A DNA stretch of 64,000 bases, taken from positions 4,576,001-4,640,000 of the forward strand of contig OY759599.1 in the NCBI GenBank assembly GCA_963662465.1, in the 5' to 3' direction. The notes under the pieces were generated by a model. It was given only the letters and a program-made list of their open reading frames with translations, did no database searches and was not told the DNA's origin. The DNA comes from Desulfatiglandales bacterium (GTDB taxonomy: Bacteria; Desulfobacterota; DSM-4660; Desulfatiglandales; Desulfatiglandaceae). This document shows positions 18,077 to 29,386 of this stretch, one piece after another (the first letter of the stretch is position 1; every line of letters begins with the position of its first letter). The translations under genes and the position numbers were made by a program.

Positions 18077-20107
18077 TCAGCTTCTCACGCCATCCAAAAC
18101 TTCCCTCACCTTCCGAGCCAGGCTATCCGACATAAAGGGCTTTTCAATGAAGTTGACCCCTTCATCCAGGATGCCGTGGTGGGCGATGGCATTGGCAGTA
18201 TAGCCCGACATGAAAAGCGTCCCGATTTCCGGCCGAATCTTCATGACCTGCTCTGCCAGATCCTTTCCATTCATCTGGGGCATTACCACGTCCGTCATGA
18301 GCAAATGGATTCTGCCGGAGTGTTCCCCGGCTATCTCCATGGCCTCATTCGGGCTGTTTGCCGTGAGTACTGCGTACCCGAGCTTTCCCAGCATCATCCT
18401 TGCCATCCTCAAAATACCCGCATCGTCCTCTACCAGCAAGATCGTCTCACCATCACCTCTGGGAGGTTCCTCAAATCCGGTCAAAGTTTTTAAAGAGGCG
18501 TCTCCTTGATACCGGGGCATGTAAATTTTGAAGGTGGTTCCTTCGTTGGGTTCGCTGTAAACGCTGATGAAACCGTTGTTCTGCTTGACGATACCATAAA
18601 CCGTGGAAAGCCCGAGACCCGTCCCTTTTCCAATCCCCTTGGTGGTGAAAAACGGCTCAAAGACCTGATCCAGGATCGTTTTTTCCATACCACAACCATT
18701 ATCAGTCACCGTCAGCATGACAAATTCACCGGGTACTGCGCTATCGTGTTCGGCACAATAGGCATCGTCCAAGACCCTGTTTTTCGTCTCAATGGTGACC
18801 TTCCCCACGCCGACAATAGAATCTCGGGCATTGACAGCCAGATTGGCCAGTATCTGGTCAACCTGGGCAGGGTCCATTTTTACCGACCACAGATTCGTAT
18901 CCGGCTGCCATGCCAGATCAATGTCTTCACCGATCAGGCGCCTCAGCATTTTGAGCATCCCCGCTATGGTTTCATTGACGTCCAGTTCCCGTGGCGCGAT
19001 GGTTTGTTTCCGGGCAAAGGCCAGAAGCTGCCGGGTCAGGTCCGCTGCTCCTTTGGCCGCATCCTGAATCTCTTCAAGATCTTCATAAACGGGATTCTCC
19101 GGTTCCATATCCATGAGTACCATTTGCACACACCCCAGGATCACACCCAGTTTGTTGTTGAAATCATGGGCGATTCCTCCGGCCAACCGACCTATGGACT
19201 CCATCTTCTGAGCCTGGTTCAACTGCTCCCGCAATTTTACCTCTTCGGTGATATCAGCGAAGATACAGGCAAATTGGCCGGGCACGGGACGGAAGGCTGT
19301 TATCTGAAAGTATTTATTCAGTTCCTTGGAAAAATTTTCGAAGAAGGTCGGCTCGCCGGTCAAAGCGACGCAGCCGTAGGTATCGATCCAGTACGCCTCG
19401 GTGGCCGGCAAAACTTCGAGGACAGTTCTGCCCACAATGTCTGTGGCTTTCAGCCCGGTCATTTTTTCGAATGCAGGATTTATGGTGAGGAAGCGGTAGT
19501 CAACCGGTTGGCCCTGGCCGTTGCAAATGATCTCATGCAACGCGAATCCGTTTATCATTTCGCGAAAGAGCGTTTTGTATCTTTCTTCACTCTCTTTTAA
19601 CGTCTCCACCGCTTTCCTTCGTTCTTCTATTTCACGTTTCAGTTGTACGTTTGCATTCACCAGATCGGAAGTTCGTTCAGATACCATCTCTTCCAGTGAA
19701 TCCTTTTGCCTGCGCAAAAGATCTTCCGCTTCTTTCATGCGCAAAGCTGTCTTTACCTGCGCTATGAGAATATGCTCATCAACGGGCTTGGCCAGATAAG
19801 CATCCGCACCGGCATCAAGCCCTTTAACGAGATCTTTGGGCCCCGTTAAAACAGCCGAAATCAAAATAACGGGGATCGCGCTGGTGGCTTGGTCCTCTTT
19901 GAGTTTTCCGCAAACTTCATACCCGTCCATCCCGGGCATCTTGATATCCAATAAAATCGTATCAGGAGAATGAATCTTTGCCTTTTCAAGACCTTCCGGT
20001 CCCGATTGAGCGGTTATCACATGGCACTCGAGAAAATGATTCTTCAGTATGGCGGACAGTGTAATCAAATTATCCTGTTTATCATCAATCGCTAATATCT
20101 TTGGCAT
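18077..20107 (-). CDS. Hybrid kinase REC-PAS-HisKA-HATPase-REC
   Basis: MPKILAIDD, GGIAHDFNN, GTGLGLS, C-terminal REC. Confidence 0.92.
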   Translation of the reverse strand: MPKILAIDDKQDNLITLSAILKNHFLECHVITAQSGPEGLEKAKIHSPDTILLDIKMPGMDGYEVCGKLKEDQATSAIPVILISAVLTGPKDLVKGLDAGADAYLAKPVDEHILIAQVKTALRMKEAEDLLRRQKDSLEEMVSERTSDLVNANVQLKREIEERRKAVETLKESEERYKTLFREMINGFALHEIICNGQGQPVDYRFLTINPAFEKMTGLKATDIVGRTVLEVLPATEAYWIDTYGCVALTGEPTFFENFSKELNKYFQITAFRPVPGQFACIFADITEEVKLREQLNQAQKMESIGRLAGGIAHDFNNKLGVILGCVQMVLMDMEPENPVYEDLEEIQDAAKGAADLTRQLLAFARKQTIAPRELDVNETIAGMLKMLRRLIGEDIDLAWQPDTNLWSVKMDPAQVDQILANLAVNARDSIVGVGKVTIETKNRVLDDAYCAEHDSAVPGEFVMLTVTDNGCGMEKTILDQVFEPFFTTKGIGKGTGLGLSTVYGIVKQNNGFISVYSEPNEGTTFKIYMPRYQGDASLKTLTGFEEPPRGDGETILLVEDDAGILRMARMMLGKLGYAVLTANSPNEAMEIAGEHSGRIHLLMTDVVMPQMNGKDLAEQVMKIRPEIGTLFMSGYTANAIAHHGILDEGVNFIEKPFMSDSLARKVREVLDGVRS

Positions 20108-20133
20108 CGCAGCCTCCCTGCGGTCGGGTTGTT

Positions 20134-23100
20134 TCAAACTTCCAGCCATTTCCCGATTTTTTGTAATACGTCCTCAGGTTCAATGGGTTTGGATATATAG
20201 TCGTCGCATCCGGCCTCAATAATCTTTTCCCTGTCGCCCTTCATGGCTCTGGCAGTCAGCGCAATCACAGGGATATGGCCTGTTTTTTTGTCTTCCTTCA
20301 CCTTGCCAACCACCGTAAAACCATCCATTTTTGGCAGGGACATGTCAAGAAGGATCAAGTCGGGCAGTTCTGTTAAAGCCATATGCAGGCCTTCCTCACC
20401 GTCTGTGGCTTCTATGATGTTATAGTCGTTATGCAAAACGGCTCTCATTGTAAACATGTTGTCAGGATTGTCTTCCACCACCAGGATGGTCGGCTTTCCT
20501 TCCGCTCGGACCTTTTTCAGGTATTTTCTCTTTTGAATTTCAGGGGCTCTGGTTTTGTCCAGCGGTTCTATCATTGATGGTTCACCCAGCATCAGCCGGG
20601 TTTTGTGTATCAGGATTTCGCGAGGCACGTCTCCTTTTTGAGCCAGTTGCTGTACGTTATTGCACTTCAGTTCCTTGAGATCTTCCTTTGTCAGATCTTT
20701 TGCCGTGAGGATCAATACCGGAATTTTTTGTGTGGTTTCATGAGCACGGATGCTGTTCAACACCGCAAAACCATCCACTTTAGGCATCATCAGATCCAGG
20801 ATAATGCCATCGGGAATCGTGTCTTTCACATAATCAATCGCCTCCTGACCGCCACTCGCTGTATCCACCAGATACCCCTCGCTTTCCAAAACTGTCTTGA
20901 TCTGAATCATAGCAGTCTGATTGTCTTCAACCACGAGAACCCTCTTGGCGGCTTTTCGTTTTCTGGATTCCGTGTATTTATGCGGCTCTCCAATGTCATC
21001 AAGAATTTTTCGGATCTCTTCAAGCAAGGCGGTTGAAGTGGTCTCACTTTTCGCGAGAACGGAGGTGGCATTCCCGGTCAATTTTCTTCTATCTTCAGCC
21101 GTAAGTTCCTTAGCCGTGACAACGATCACCGGCAGGTTCTTGGTTGCGGGATCGTTGCGGACCCGTTCCAGCACTTCAAACCCGTCCATATCCGGCATGA
21201 TCAAGTCCAACACAAGGACATCCGGAATCGATTTCGCGATGATCTCCATACATTGCAGGCCGTTAGCCGCAACAACCGCCTGCATTCCCTCCTGGTTAAT
21301 CATTTGTGATATTTCTCTACGTTCGAACTCATTGTCATCCACAACCATAATTGCGTGAGAAGATCTCCCGCCAATCTTATTAATTTCCGCAATCAGCCGG
21401 TCCTTATTGACAGGCTTGGTGATATAGCCCACAGCGCCCAGGGCAAATCCGACCTCCTTATCATCCTTCATGGAAATAATGATTGTTGGAATATCGCGGG
21501 TTACTGGATTTTCCTTTAACTGCTGAAGTACCTCAAAACCATCCATTTCAGGCATAATCACATCCAGAGTGATGGCAAAAGGCCGATGTTTTTCGGCCAG
21601 CGCAAGGGCCTGCGCCCCGGATGTGGCGATTATGGGAAAATATCCCATCTGAGAAAGGTAATCAGCAATCATGCCCGTAACCTTAGGTTCATCATCCACA
21701 ACCAGAATGGTCTTTTGCTTCGGCGAGATTAGAGCAGGTTGCCACGGGATAAAAGGGTCAAATTCGGGAATGATGTTCTGCTGCTTCAAGGGTAAAGTTA
21801 AAGTGAATGTGGACCCCTTCCCGAGGACGCTTTCAACCGTAAGATCTCCACCCAGCATTCCGGCCGCCTTATGGGCGATGGTTAACCCCAGGCCGGTGCC
21901 TTCGTATTGTCTTGCGGTTGTTCCGTCAACCTGCCTGAATTCTTCAAAGATATGCGGCAGATCTTTTTCCGATATACCGATACCGCTGTCTGAAATCTCA
22001 ATATGGACATTTTCAGCATCACTGCGGACGGTAATCGCCACATGCCCTTTTTCAGTAAACTTGACCGCATTTCCCATAAGATTCTGGAGGATCTGATCCA
22101 CTCTGATTTCATCACTTTCAATTTCAGGGAGATTGTCAGGGACCTCCACCTTTATCTGAATCCCTTTTTCTTCAGCAATGATCTCAAGGCGCTCAGTAAC
22201 GGCCTCAATAGCGGAACTGAGGGAGAATCGTTTTGAGTTTACGTCCATTCTCCCGGACTCAATTTTGGCAAGATCGAGGATGTCGTTAATCAGTGTGAGC
22301 AGATTCTTTCCGTTCCGTGCAATGACATTCAGATAATTCAGCTCCTCTTCGGAAAGTTTGTCTTTTGCCTGGCGGATAAGGACCCGGGACAAAGCCATCA
22401 CCGAGTTAAGAGGGGTTCGGAGTTCATGGCTCATGTTGGATAGAAACTCACTTTTCAAACGATTGGCCTCTTCAACCTGCTCACGCTGGACCGTCAGTTC
22501 CACATTCTGTTCCTGCAGCTCCTCTGATGTTTGCCGGAGTTCTTCAGCTTGGGCTTGCAATTCTTCCGCCTGGGCCGCTAACTCTTCGTTGGCTGCCTGG
22601 GTTGCTTCCAGAAGATCTTTAATCTGCATTCCTTGTAATGCAGTGTACAGGCCTGTGGATATCATGGGAGCCGCCAGGCTCAGAAACTCAATTTTAAGCG
22701 GGTTGATTTCCTCGAAGGCAGCTACTTCCAATACGCCGTACAAGCTTTTTTCGTATACCAGAGGCAGGGCATAGATACTCCTGGGGGGTTCGTTCACCGT
22801 GCCGGTTTTCCCCATCGCATCTTCCCTGGTGATGCCTTTGAGCAAAATCGGTTTCTTTTCAACGGCGACCTGGCCCACAATTCCCTCTCCGAGAGCAAAT
22901 TCACTGGAAAAGTGTCTTCCCTCCACAAAGGCATAGGATGCCTTCAGTTCACACAGAGAATGCTTTGCATCATAAGCGTAGAGAGCGCCGGCGCATGCGT
23001 CCACATATCTTGAGATAAAATGGGTGCTTTTTGTGACCAGGTCATCGTAGGCGAGATCGCCGGCCATCTCTTCACTCAGAGAATTCTGCCCGTCCTTCAG

Positions 23101-23895
23101 CCAGAACTGGTCTTGCAGCCGGTCTACCAATCTGTTGAAATGAGCGGCCATGTCCGATATTTCGTTTTTTCCGGTGAGCGTTGATTTGATCAGGGTGCCG
23201 GTCTTCGTCACCTCGCTCATGGTATCTTTCAGCGCGGATACATTGGATAAAATACTTTTTGTGACAAAATAGGCAACCAGCAGGGACAGGAATATGGTGG
23301 CAATGATAAATAAAATCGTATGCCTCAGGACCTGTTGTTGTACAGCCCGTGCCTCCTCCATGAAACCATCCGCCTTGTTTATGGCATAAGCGGTAAGTTC
23401 CATCATCTTTCGTTCCAGACGTAATACGTAGGCGGCGCCTGTTGTTCGGGTAATATCTCCGGCAGCCGCCTTGTCACCCTGGATGGCCAGCTGTTCCACC
23501 TCCACCTGGATCGGTCTCCAGCCGGCAAACAGTTCAATGGTCTCTTGAACAAGTTTTTTCCCTTCTTCTCCCAGAATCAGGTTTTTTACGATATCAAGAT
23601 TCTGGTAAACAAGCTTTTCTTCAGACTGCACCGTTTGAATGGCCTGGTGTATTTCCATTTCCGTCTTTGACATGGCTACATCCTTCATGCTCCTGTGCAT
23701 ACGGACAACGCCGGCTTTGGCTTTCAGCGCCGCGGTGGATACCTTCAGCGGGTGGTCGTACAAGGTGGAGGTTAATTCCCCCAGTTCATTCATTCCCCTG
23801 ATGGAAAGCATCGCAAAAACCATGAAAAAAAACAGCACAAGCGCAAAAGAGAGAACCATTCTGCTTTTGATCGTAATTCTGTTCAGTAAATCCAT
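20134..23895 (-). CDS. Membrane hybrid kinase: four-helix sensor, HAMP, GAF, HisKA/HATPase, 4 REC
   Basis: Two TM; LGEGIVGQVA GAF; EEL coiled coil; SHELRTP; four receiver motifs. Confidence 0.92.
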   Translation of the reverse strand: MDLLNRITIKSRMVLSFALVLFFFMVFAMLSIRGMNELGELTSTLYDHPLKVSTAALKAKAGVVRMHRSMKDVAMSKTEMEIHQAIQTVQSEEKLVYQNLDIVKNLILGEEGKKLVQETIELFAGWRPIQVEVEQLAIQGDKAAAGDITRTTGAAYVLRLERKMMELTAYAINKADGFMEEARAVQQQVLRHTILFIIATIFLSLLVAYFVTKSILSNVSALKDTMSEVTKTGTLIKSTLTGKNEISDMAAHFNRLVDRLQDQFWLKDGQNSLSEEMAGDLAYDDLVTKSTHFISRYVDACAGALYAYDAKHSLCELKASYAFVEGRHFSSEFALGEGIVGQVAVEKKPILLKGITREDAMGKTGTVNEPPRSIYALPLVYEKSLYGVLEVAAFEEINPLKIEFLSLAAPMISTGLYTALQGMQIKDLLEATQAANEELAAQAEELQAQAEELRQTSEELQEQNVELTVQREQVEEANRLKSEFLSNMSHELRTPLNSVMALSRVLIRQAKDKLSEEELNYLNVIARNGKNLLTLINDILDLAKIESGRMDVNSKRFSLSSAIEAVTERLEIIAEEKGIQIKVEVPDNLPEIESDEIRVDQILQNLMGNAVKFTEKGHVAITVRSDAENVHIEISDSGIGISEKDLPHIFEEFRQVDGTTARQYEGTGLGLTIAHKAAGMLGGDLTVESVLGKGSTFTLTLPLKQQNIIPEFDPFIPWQPALISPKQKTILVVDDEPKVTGMIADYLSQMGYFPIIATSGAQALALAEKHRPFAITLDVIMPEMDGFEVLQQLKENPVTRDIPTIIISMKDDKEVGFALGAVGYITKPVNKDRLIAEINKIGGRSSHAIMVVDDNEFERREISQMINQEGMQAVVAANGLQCMEIIAKSIPDVLVLDLIMPDMDGFEVLERVRNDPATKNLPVIVVTAKELTAEDRRKLTGNATSVLAKSETTSTALLEEIRKILDDIGEPHKYTESRKRKAAKRVLVVEDNQTAMIQIKTVLESEGYLVDTASGGQEAIDYVKDTIPDGIILDLMMPKVDGFAVLNSIRAHETTQKIPVLILTAKDLTKEDLKELKCNNVQQLAQKGDVPREILIHKTRLMLGEPSMIEPLDKTRAPEIQKRKYLKKVRAEGKPTILVVEDNPDNMFTMRAVLHNDYNIIEATDGEEGLHMALTELPDLILLDMSLPKMDGFTVVGKVKEDKKTGHIPVIALTARAMKGDREKIIEAGCDDYISKPIEPEDVLQKIGKWLEV

Positions 23896-23900
23896 TGGTC

Positions 23901-24731
23901 TCAATCCTTTTTCTGGTAGATATGGCAGCATTCATTCACTTTTCTGAAACGCCTTTGATATTTTGTGGTTGGGATCTCTGCTTCACCCAATACCAAATAG
24001 CCGTTTTGGGCCAGGGAACGATATAGCTTATCGAATATTTGATTCTGATGTTCGTTATCAAAGTAGATTAAAACATTCCGGCAAAACACCATATCAAAAC
24101 CGCCGAAAATACTCTCAGGGGGGGCATAGCTCTTCTTGTCAAGAATATCATATACCGAAAAGGATACCATATTCCGAATAATCGGGAGTAATTGAAACGC
24201 TTCGCCTTCGGACGTGAAATATTTTTTCAACAGCCTGTATTTCATACTTTGAATGCTGTCAAATGGGTAGGCTTCCTTTTGTGCCTTTTCCAGTATCTTG
24301 CCGTCAATATCCGTTGCAAAGATCCTTGTATTGATTTTCAAGGCTTCTTTCTCTACTAATTCATGGATCAGGATCGCGATGGAATAAGGTTCTTCTCCCT
24401 TCGCACAACCGGCCGACCAGACCCGTATGGAATCATCAGCAGCCTTCTTTTTTTCATAAACAATAGCGGGGAGGACTCTGTCGGCAATGTATTCAAACGT
24501 CAGGGTATCCCTGAAAAACCGGCTTACATTGATGGTCAAGGCATCGATGAGATGATCGAATTCATTGGGATTTCCCTTCAGATAATGAAGATAATCGAGA
24601 TAGCTCTCACATTTTATGGAAGCAAATCGTTGCTGGATTCGGCGTTCAACCATGGAGATGCGATAGCCGGAAAAGTCAACGCCTCGTTTTTCATTCAAAT
24701 AATGTAAGATGAGTTTTACATTTTCATCCAT
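23901..24731 (-). CDS. cheR: CheR-type protein-glutamate methyltransferase
   Basis: TINVSRFFRD, RVWSAGCAKGEEPYS, ATDID, CRNVLIYF. Confidence 0.93.
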   Translation of the reverse strand: MDENVKLILHYLNEKRGVDFSGYRISMVERRIQQRFASIKCESYLDYLHYLKGNPNEFDHLIDALTINVSRFFRDTLTFEYIADRVLPAIVYEKKKAADDSIRVWSAGCAKGEEPYSIAILIHELVEKEALKINTRIFATDIDGKILEKAQKEAYPFDSIQSMKYRLLKKYFTSEGEAFQLLPIIRNMVSFSVYDILDKKSYAPPESIFGGFDMVFCRNVLIYFDNEHQNQIFDKLYRSLAQNGYLVLGEAEIPTTKYQRRFRKVNECCHIYQKKD

Positions 24732-24870
24732 TGGTCTTTTCCAGCACTTCTCTGACGCTGTATCCCAAGTGATTCATAGAAAAAGGTTTTTCGATAAAAT
24801 TAACCCCCTCGTCAAGAACTCCGTGGCAGACAATGGCGTTCATTGTGTAACCGGAGCAGAAAAGATAAAT
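24724..24870 (-). pseudogene. C-terminal remnant of a hybrid-kinase receiver domain
   Basis: IYLFCSGYTMNAIVCHGVLDEGVNFIEKPFSMNHLGYSVREVLEKTNG*, paralogous to the end of 18077..20107; stop overlaps the cheR start. Confidence 0.85.
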
Positions 24871-24887
24871 CTAATGCCCTTACTGCA

Positions 24888-26972
24888 TTACCTCAGAACT
24901 TTTTTCAAAACATGTTCAAGATCAGCTATTTGATAAGGCTTTGCCATGGCCCCCCGAAAACCGTGTTCCTCAAAATGGGCCATGGCCGGGTCATTGAAAT
25001 ACCCGCTGCATACGATGGCCTTTACACCCGGATCGATCTTGATCAATTCCTTGATGGCCTGAGCCCCGCCCATGCCACCCTTGATGGTCAGATCCAGGAT
25101 GACCCCGCCAAAGGGCTCTCCTGAACCCATGTGCTTCTTGTAAGTTTCGATGGCTTCCGCACCATCCTTTACGGTCTCGACTTCATACCCCAACCGCTCC
25201 AACATCTTTTGAGCCAGGGTCCTCAACATCTCCTCATCGTCCATGACCAGAACCCTTTGGATTGATGATTGTTGATTGATGATTGTTGATTGGGGACCCA
25301 GTTCAGGGCGCTCTGCTCTTTGCACATCGCTCTCTGCGGCAGAGGCCGGCAGGTATATGCTTACGGTTGTTCCTACACCGGTTGTGGAATTCACCATGAT
25401 ATGGCCACCATGTTTTTCAACAATCGCATAGGCCGTCGCCAAACCCAGCCCCATTCCCTTTTGAACCCCTTTTTCCTTTGTAGAAAAATAGGGATCAAAG
25501 ATTCTGTTCAGATGTTTTTCTGGAATACCTCTCCCCTCATCTTTGATGGAGATCTTCACATATTTCCCTTCTTTGAGAGGCGATGCGGAGTCTTTGTCTT
25601 GGTTCTCGATGATTTTGTTTTCGGCCTGAATGGTAATGGTTCCCCCCTGGGGCATGGCCTCCACGGCGTTTGTAAGCACATTGTTTATGGCGTAATGCAT
25701 CTGTCTTGAATCAAATTCCACCGGCCGGAGATCATCCTGGATGGAAAAGACCGTCGATGCCTCATGCGCCTGGGCCTGTCCCTGGATCTCCTTTAGCAGA
25801 CTCTGGATAGAACCCCGTTCTTTTCTGGGATGCCCTCCCTGGGAGAGGGTCAGAAATTGATGGGTCAAATCCCTTGCTTTTAATGATGCCTGTTCAATCT
25901 CATGGAGGAGTCCTCCCATGAGTGAATGGGGGTCAATATCCTCTTGGGCCATGGAGAGGTTCCCCATGATAATGGCTAAAAGATTGTTGTAATCATGGGC
26001 AATGCCGCCTGTCAGCGTACTGATGGCCTCTATTTTATGAATCTGCCTGAGTTGCTGCTCGATCTGTTTTCGCCTGGAAATATCCGTCAAATTCACGATA
26101 CATCCGACTACCTGTTCGGAACCGTCCAAAAGCGGTGTAGCACTCAGTAGTGAAGGGGTGGCGGAATTTCCGGACTTTTCAACAGACACTTCACAGAAAT
26201 GAAAGGTCTCGCCTTTGATCACATGATCAATGGTGAAAGATTCGAATTCCGGAGGATTGTTCGACAGTTTCTCCTTGCATTTGTCGATATGGATACGAAA
26301 AACATCATCAAATCGTTCGTTTAAACAATTACGACCCACCAGGTCAAAAACGACCCGGCTTACGCGGATAATCTTGCCCCGTGCGTCGCAAACAATGATG
26401 ACGTCTGTTGACTGGTCGATAATGGACCGACTCAGGCGCTCCTCGACCAAAATCTTTTCATGTTGCACTTTCATGACAAAATCTGTGCCCACCAGACAAA
26501 AAATGGACATGTTTTCATTGGAAATACGATTGGCGGAAAGGTATACGGGTACGAATCCGCCATCACCGGTTTTGAATCTTACTCCGGCGAATGAACATCC
26601 TGTTTCGCTCCTTTTTAAAAGGGCTTCATAAGCGGGGACATCGTGCTCATGAATATACTGATCCAGCAAACTGCCGATGATTTTTTTAAGCGGCACACCC
26701 AGCATGCCTGCCATGAATTTGTTGGCATACATGATGGTGCCGTCTTTGGCGAGAGAGATCACCCCCTCATGCATCTCTTCAATCAACATGCGGTAGCTGT
26801 AGTCAACGCCCTGGAGGACAAAGATCTGTTGTCCCTCCGGTCCATCCACCACCAACCCGTCCACCTCGCCGCTGCGAATGGCATCCAGGGTTTCCTGCGC
26901 TTCCTGCAAACGCGCAAGCAATTCTTCCTTTTCCAGCGTCAGTTGTTCAATCCGACGTTCCAGATCCGTCAT
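24888..26972 (-). CDS. Kai-associated PAS-PAS hybrid histidine kinase
   Basis: Start MTDLERR; EAQETLDAIRSGEVDGLVV N-terminus; GGIAHDYNN; REC. Confidence 0.9.
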   Translation of the reverse strand: MTDLERRIEQLTLEKEELLARLQEAQETLDAIRSGEVDGLVVDGPEGQQIFVLQGVDYSYRMLIEEMHEGVISLAKDGTIMYANKFMAGMLGVPLKKIIGSLLDQYIHEHDVPAYEALLKRSETGCSFAGVRFKTGDGGFVPVYLSANRISNENMSIFCLVGTDFVMKVQHEKILVEERLSRSIIDQSTDVIIVCDARGKIIRVSRVVFDLVGRNCLNERFDDVFRIHIDKCKEKLSNNPPEFESFTIDHVIKGETFHFCEVSVEKSGNSATPSLLSATPLLDGSEQVVGCIVNLTDISRRKQIEQQLRQIHKIEAISTLTGGIAHDYNNLLAIIMGNLSMAQEDIDPHSLMGGLLHEIEQASLKARDLTHQFLTLSQGGHPRKERGSIQSLLKEIQGQAQAHEASTVFSIQDDLRPVEFDSRQMHYAINNVLTNAVEAMPQGGTITIQAENKIIENQDKDSASPLKEGKYVKISIKDEGRGIPEKHLNRIFDPYFSTKEKGVQKGMGLGLATAYAIVEKHGGHIMVNSTTGVGTTVSIYLPASAAESDVQRAERPELGPQSTIINQQSSIQRVLVMDDEEMLRTLAQKMLERLGYEVETVKDGAEAIETYKKHMGSGEPFGGVILDLTIKGGMGGAQAIKELIKIDPGVKAIVCSGYFNDPAMAHFEEHGFRGAMAKPYQIADLEHVLKKVLR
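25261..25292. repeat. Heptamer repeat (GATTGTT/GATTGAT) in the kinase-REC linker
   Basis: attgatgattgttgattgatgattgttgattg, encoding QSTIINQQSSI on the minus strand. Confidence 0.8.
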
Positions 26973-26974
26973 GG

Positions 26975-27322
26975 TTAAGCACCCGGTTCCCTTTCTCTCA
27001 AATCCAGGCCCACCAGCACACGTTCCGTGTTGGACAGGTCGCCGATAATGCGCCGCAACGGAAGCGGCAATTCCTTGATCAGGGTAGGCATGGCCACGAT
27101 CTGTTCCTTTTTCAGTATTCCGGGTTCTTGAAAGGTGTCGATGACCTCCAGCTCGAAACGGCCCTTCAAGTGTTCCTGGCAGATCTGTTTGATATTGCTG
27201 ATGGCCAGCATCGATCTGGGCGTGGTGCCGGTCACGTACAATCGCAGAAGGTAGGTCTTTAGGCTTTTCTGCTTCACGGCGTTTTCGAAATCTCTGGATA
27301 CATCCCTGGGTTGTTCGACCAT
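26975..27322 (-). CDS. kaiB: KaiB-family protein
   Basis: [35 protein letters not shown]. Confidence 0.95.
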   Translation of the reverse strand: MVEQPRDVSRDFENAVKQKSLKTYLLRLYVTGTTPRSMLAISNIKQICQEHLKGRFELEVIDTFQEPGILKKEQIVAMPTLIKELPLPLRRIIGDLSNTERVLVGLDLREREPGA

Positions 27323-27339
27323 GACAGGACTCCTTCCTT

Positions 27340-27672
27340 CTATAATTTTTGTTTTCTAAGATCCAGCCCCACCAGAACACGTTCCGTGTTTTTTAGAGAA
27401 CCGATGATTCTTTTCATCGGCGGCGGCAGTTTCCTGACCAGTGTGGGAATGGCGAGAATCTGGTCGCCTTTGGCCAATTCGGGGTTTTTCAAGAGATCGA
27501 TCACCTCGATTTTGTAACGTCCTTTCAGCTCCTGTTCACAGATCTTTTTGAGGTTTTCAAACGCCTTCACGCAGTTGGGGGTTTGGCCGGCCACGTAAAG
27601 CCGCAGGGACCACTTATTGCCATTATCCATGTCTTCCATCACTGTTTCCGGTTCCTGTTGTTTCATGACCAT
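27340..27672 (-). CDS. kaiB: KaiB-family protein
   Basis: [27 protein letters not shown] 27672 with RBS AAGGAG. Confidence 0.95.
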   Translation of the reverse strand: MVMKQQEPETVMEDMDNGNKWSLRLYVAGQTPNCVKAFENLKKICEQELKGRYKIEVIDLLKNPELAKGDQILAIPTLVRKLPPPMKRIIGSLKNTERVLVGLDLRKQKL

Positions 27673-27685
27673 CGGGTTCTCCTTT

Positions 27686-29386
27686 CTAATCCGCACCTCT
27701 CATTTTCGTGAGTTTGCGTATGTTCTGGTTCAGGGAAGTTTTGCTGACGTCCAATTCGGCAAGGGCATGCTCAATCTCTTCTTTTTCCGATTGAAAGGCA
27801 TCCTTAATTTCCTGCATACGGCTTTCCATGGCATTTTCCCTGCGCTTCAAATCCCGTCGCAGGCGCTCCAGCTTCTGCTGTCGCAACTGTTCTTCGGCCG
27901 TTTCGACCGCCTCCTGGTTGATCCGGCTGGTACCGGTGAGCACACCGCCGGGTCCGATGTACGCATCCACCAGTTGGAGGCCGTCGTCGGTGATCAGAAA
28001 TTCACGGATCTGGTTGGAATGGGCCATGCCCCTTGATTTCAGGACATACATGCCCCGGTTGCGCTCACCGTTGAGCTCGATGTCTCTGAGCAGAATCCAG
28101 GTGTCCATGAGCGAGGATATGGCGTTTTGGGTTTTTTCCAGGGCGTTTCCGCCGAAGGTCAGGTCGGTAAAGAAGGAGGTGATCCCTTTCACCTTCATAT
28201 AATCGATCAAACGGGTGAGGGTTTCTTTGACTTCCTTTTCGTCGCCCACGCTGCTTAAATTGGATATGGGATCAATGGCCACCACCGTCGGATTAATATC
28301 GTTAATGGCTTTCACCATCATAGAGAGATGAATCTCCATCCCAAAGGAACTGGCACGCACGGATCTAAAATGCAGCAGCCCATTTTCAGCAGGGGACCTG
28401 AGATCAATCCCGATACTGCCCATGTTGCGCATGATCTGCTGTGGGGACTCTTCAAAGGAAAAATACAACGCCTGCTCGCCGCGGTTGCAGGCGGCGGCCG
28501 CAAAACGGGCTGCCAGAGAACTCTTGCCGGTTCCGGCGGTCCCGGATACCAGGATGCTGGACCCTCGGAAAAAGCCCTGCCCGCCTAACATGGTATCGAG
28601 ACGTTCGACCCCTGTTGGTATTCTCTCTGTTGAAACCGGGTAATCCAGGTTCAGGCTCGTGATGGGGAGAATTGAAAATCCTTTTTCCGTAATCAGAAAC
28701 GGGTATTCATTGGCGCCGTGAGAGGTGCCCCGGTACTTGACGACCCGAATGCGACGGGTAGCCAACTGGTCATTCATGCGGTTGTCCAGAAACACCACAC
28801 AATCCGAAATGTATTCCTCCAACCCGTTGCGGGTAAAGGAGCCTTTGCCCTGCTCACCTGTAATGACCGCCGTCAGACCTTTTTCTTTGAGCCAACGGAA
28901 CAGACGTCGTATTTCGGCGCGCAAAGTCATTTCGTCGGAAAACCCGCTGAAGAGCGCTTCCATGGAGTCGACGGCGATTCTTTTTGCATTGACGGCACTG
29001 AGAGCACTTTCGATGCGGATAAAAAGCCCTTCCAGGTTGAACTCACCGGTCTCTTCAATTTCGCTTCTTTCAATATACACATGGTCCAGGAAGATTTTCT
29101 TCTCCCGGCTCAGGGCTTCCAGATCCCAACCGAGGGAGGCGACGTTTTCAGCCAGCTCACGTTCGTTTTCCTCAAAGGAAATGAATATGCCGGGCTCATT
29201 GAACTGTGTGGCGCCGTTTAATAAAAATTCCATGGCAAAAAGGGTTTTTCCACTCCCGGCACCGCCGCACACCAGTGTTGGCCGGCCTTTAGGGACTCCG
29301 CCCCCTGTAATTTCATCAAACCCTGAAATGCCGGTCCGGCACTTTTCCAAAGCGATGGATGTCTTCTGCTGAGTTTTATGGCTCAT
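27686..29386 (-). CDS. kaiC: KaiC, KaiC2-type (SS phosphosite, long C-terminal coiled coil)
   Basis: Walker A GGAGSGKT and [30 protein letters not shown]; about 75-aa helical tail. Confidence 0.95.
   Translation of the reverse strand: MSHKTQQKTSIALEKCRTGISGFDEITGGGVPKGRPTLVCGGAGSGKTLFAMEFLLNGATQFNEPGIFISFEENERELAENVASLGWDLEALSREKKIFLDHVYIERSEIEETGEFNLEGLFIRIESALSAVNAKRIAVDSMEALFSGFSDEMTLRAEIRRLFRWLKEKGLTAVITGEQGKGSFTRNGLEEYISDCVVFLDNRMNDQLATRRIRVVKYRGTSHGANEYPFLITEKGFSILPITSLNLDYPVSTERIPTGVERLDTMLGGQGFFRGSSILVSGTAGTGKSSLAARFAAAACNRGEQALYFSFEESPQQIMRNMGSIGIDLRSPAENGLLHFRSVRASSFGMEIHLSMMVKAINDINPTVVAIDPISNLSSVGDEKEVKETLTRLIDYMKVKGITSFFTDLTFGGNALEKTQNAISSLMDTWILLRDIELNGERNRGMYVLKSRGMAHSNQIREFLITDDGLQLVDAYIGPGGVLTGTSRINQEAVETAEEQLRQQKLERLRRDLKRRENAMESRMQEIKDAFQSEKEEIEHALAELDVSKTSLNQNIRKLTKMRGAD

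Noticed and set aside
26973..27380. N-terminal extension of the 830-aa ORF as a KaiB-kinase fusion
   Set aside because: It overlaps kaiB in a different frame; the real start is ATG 26972.
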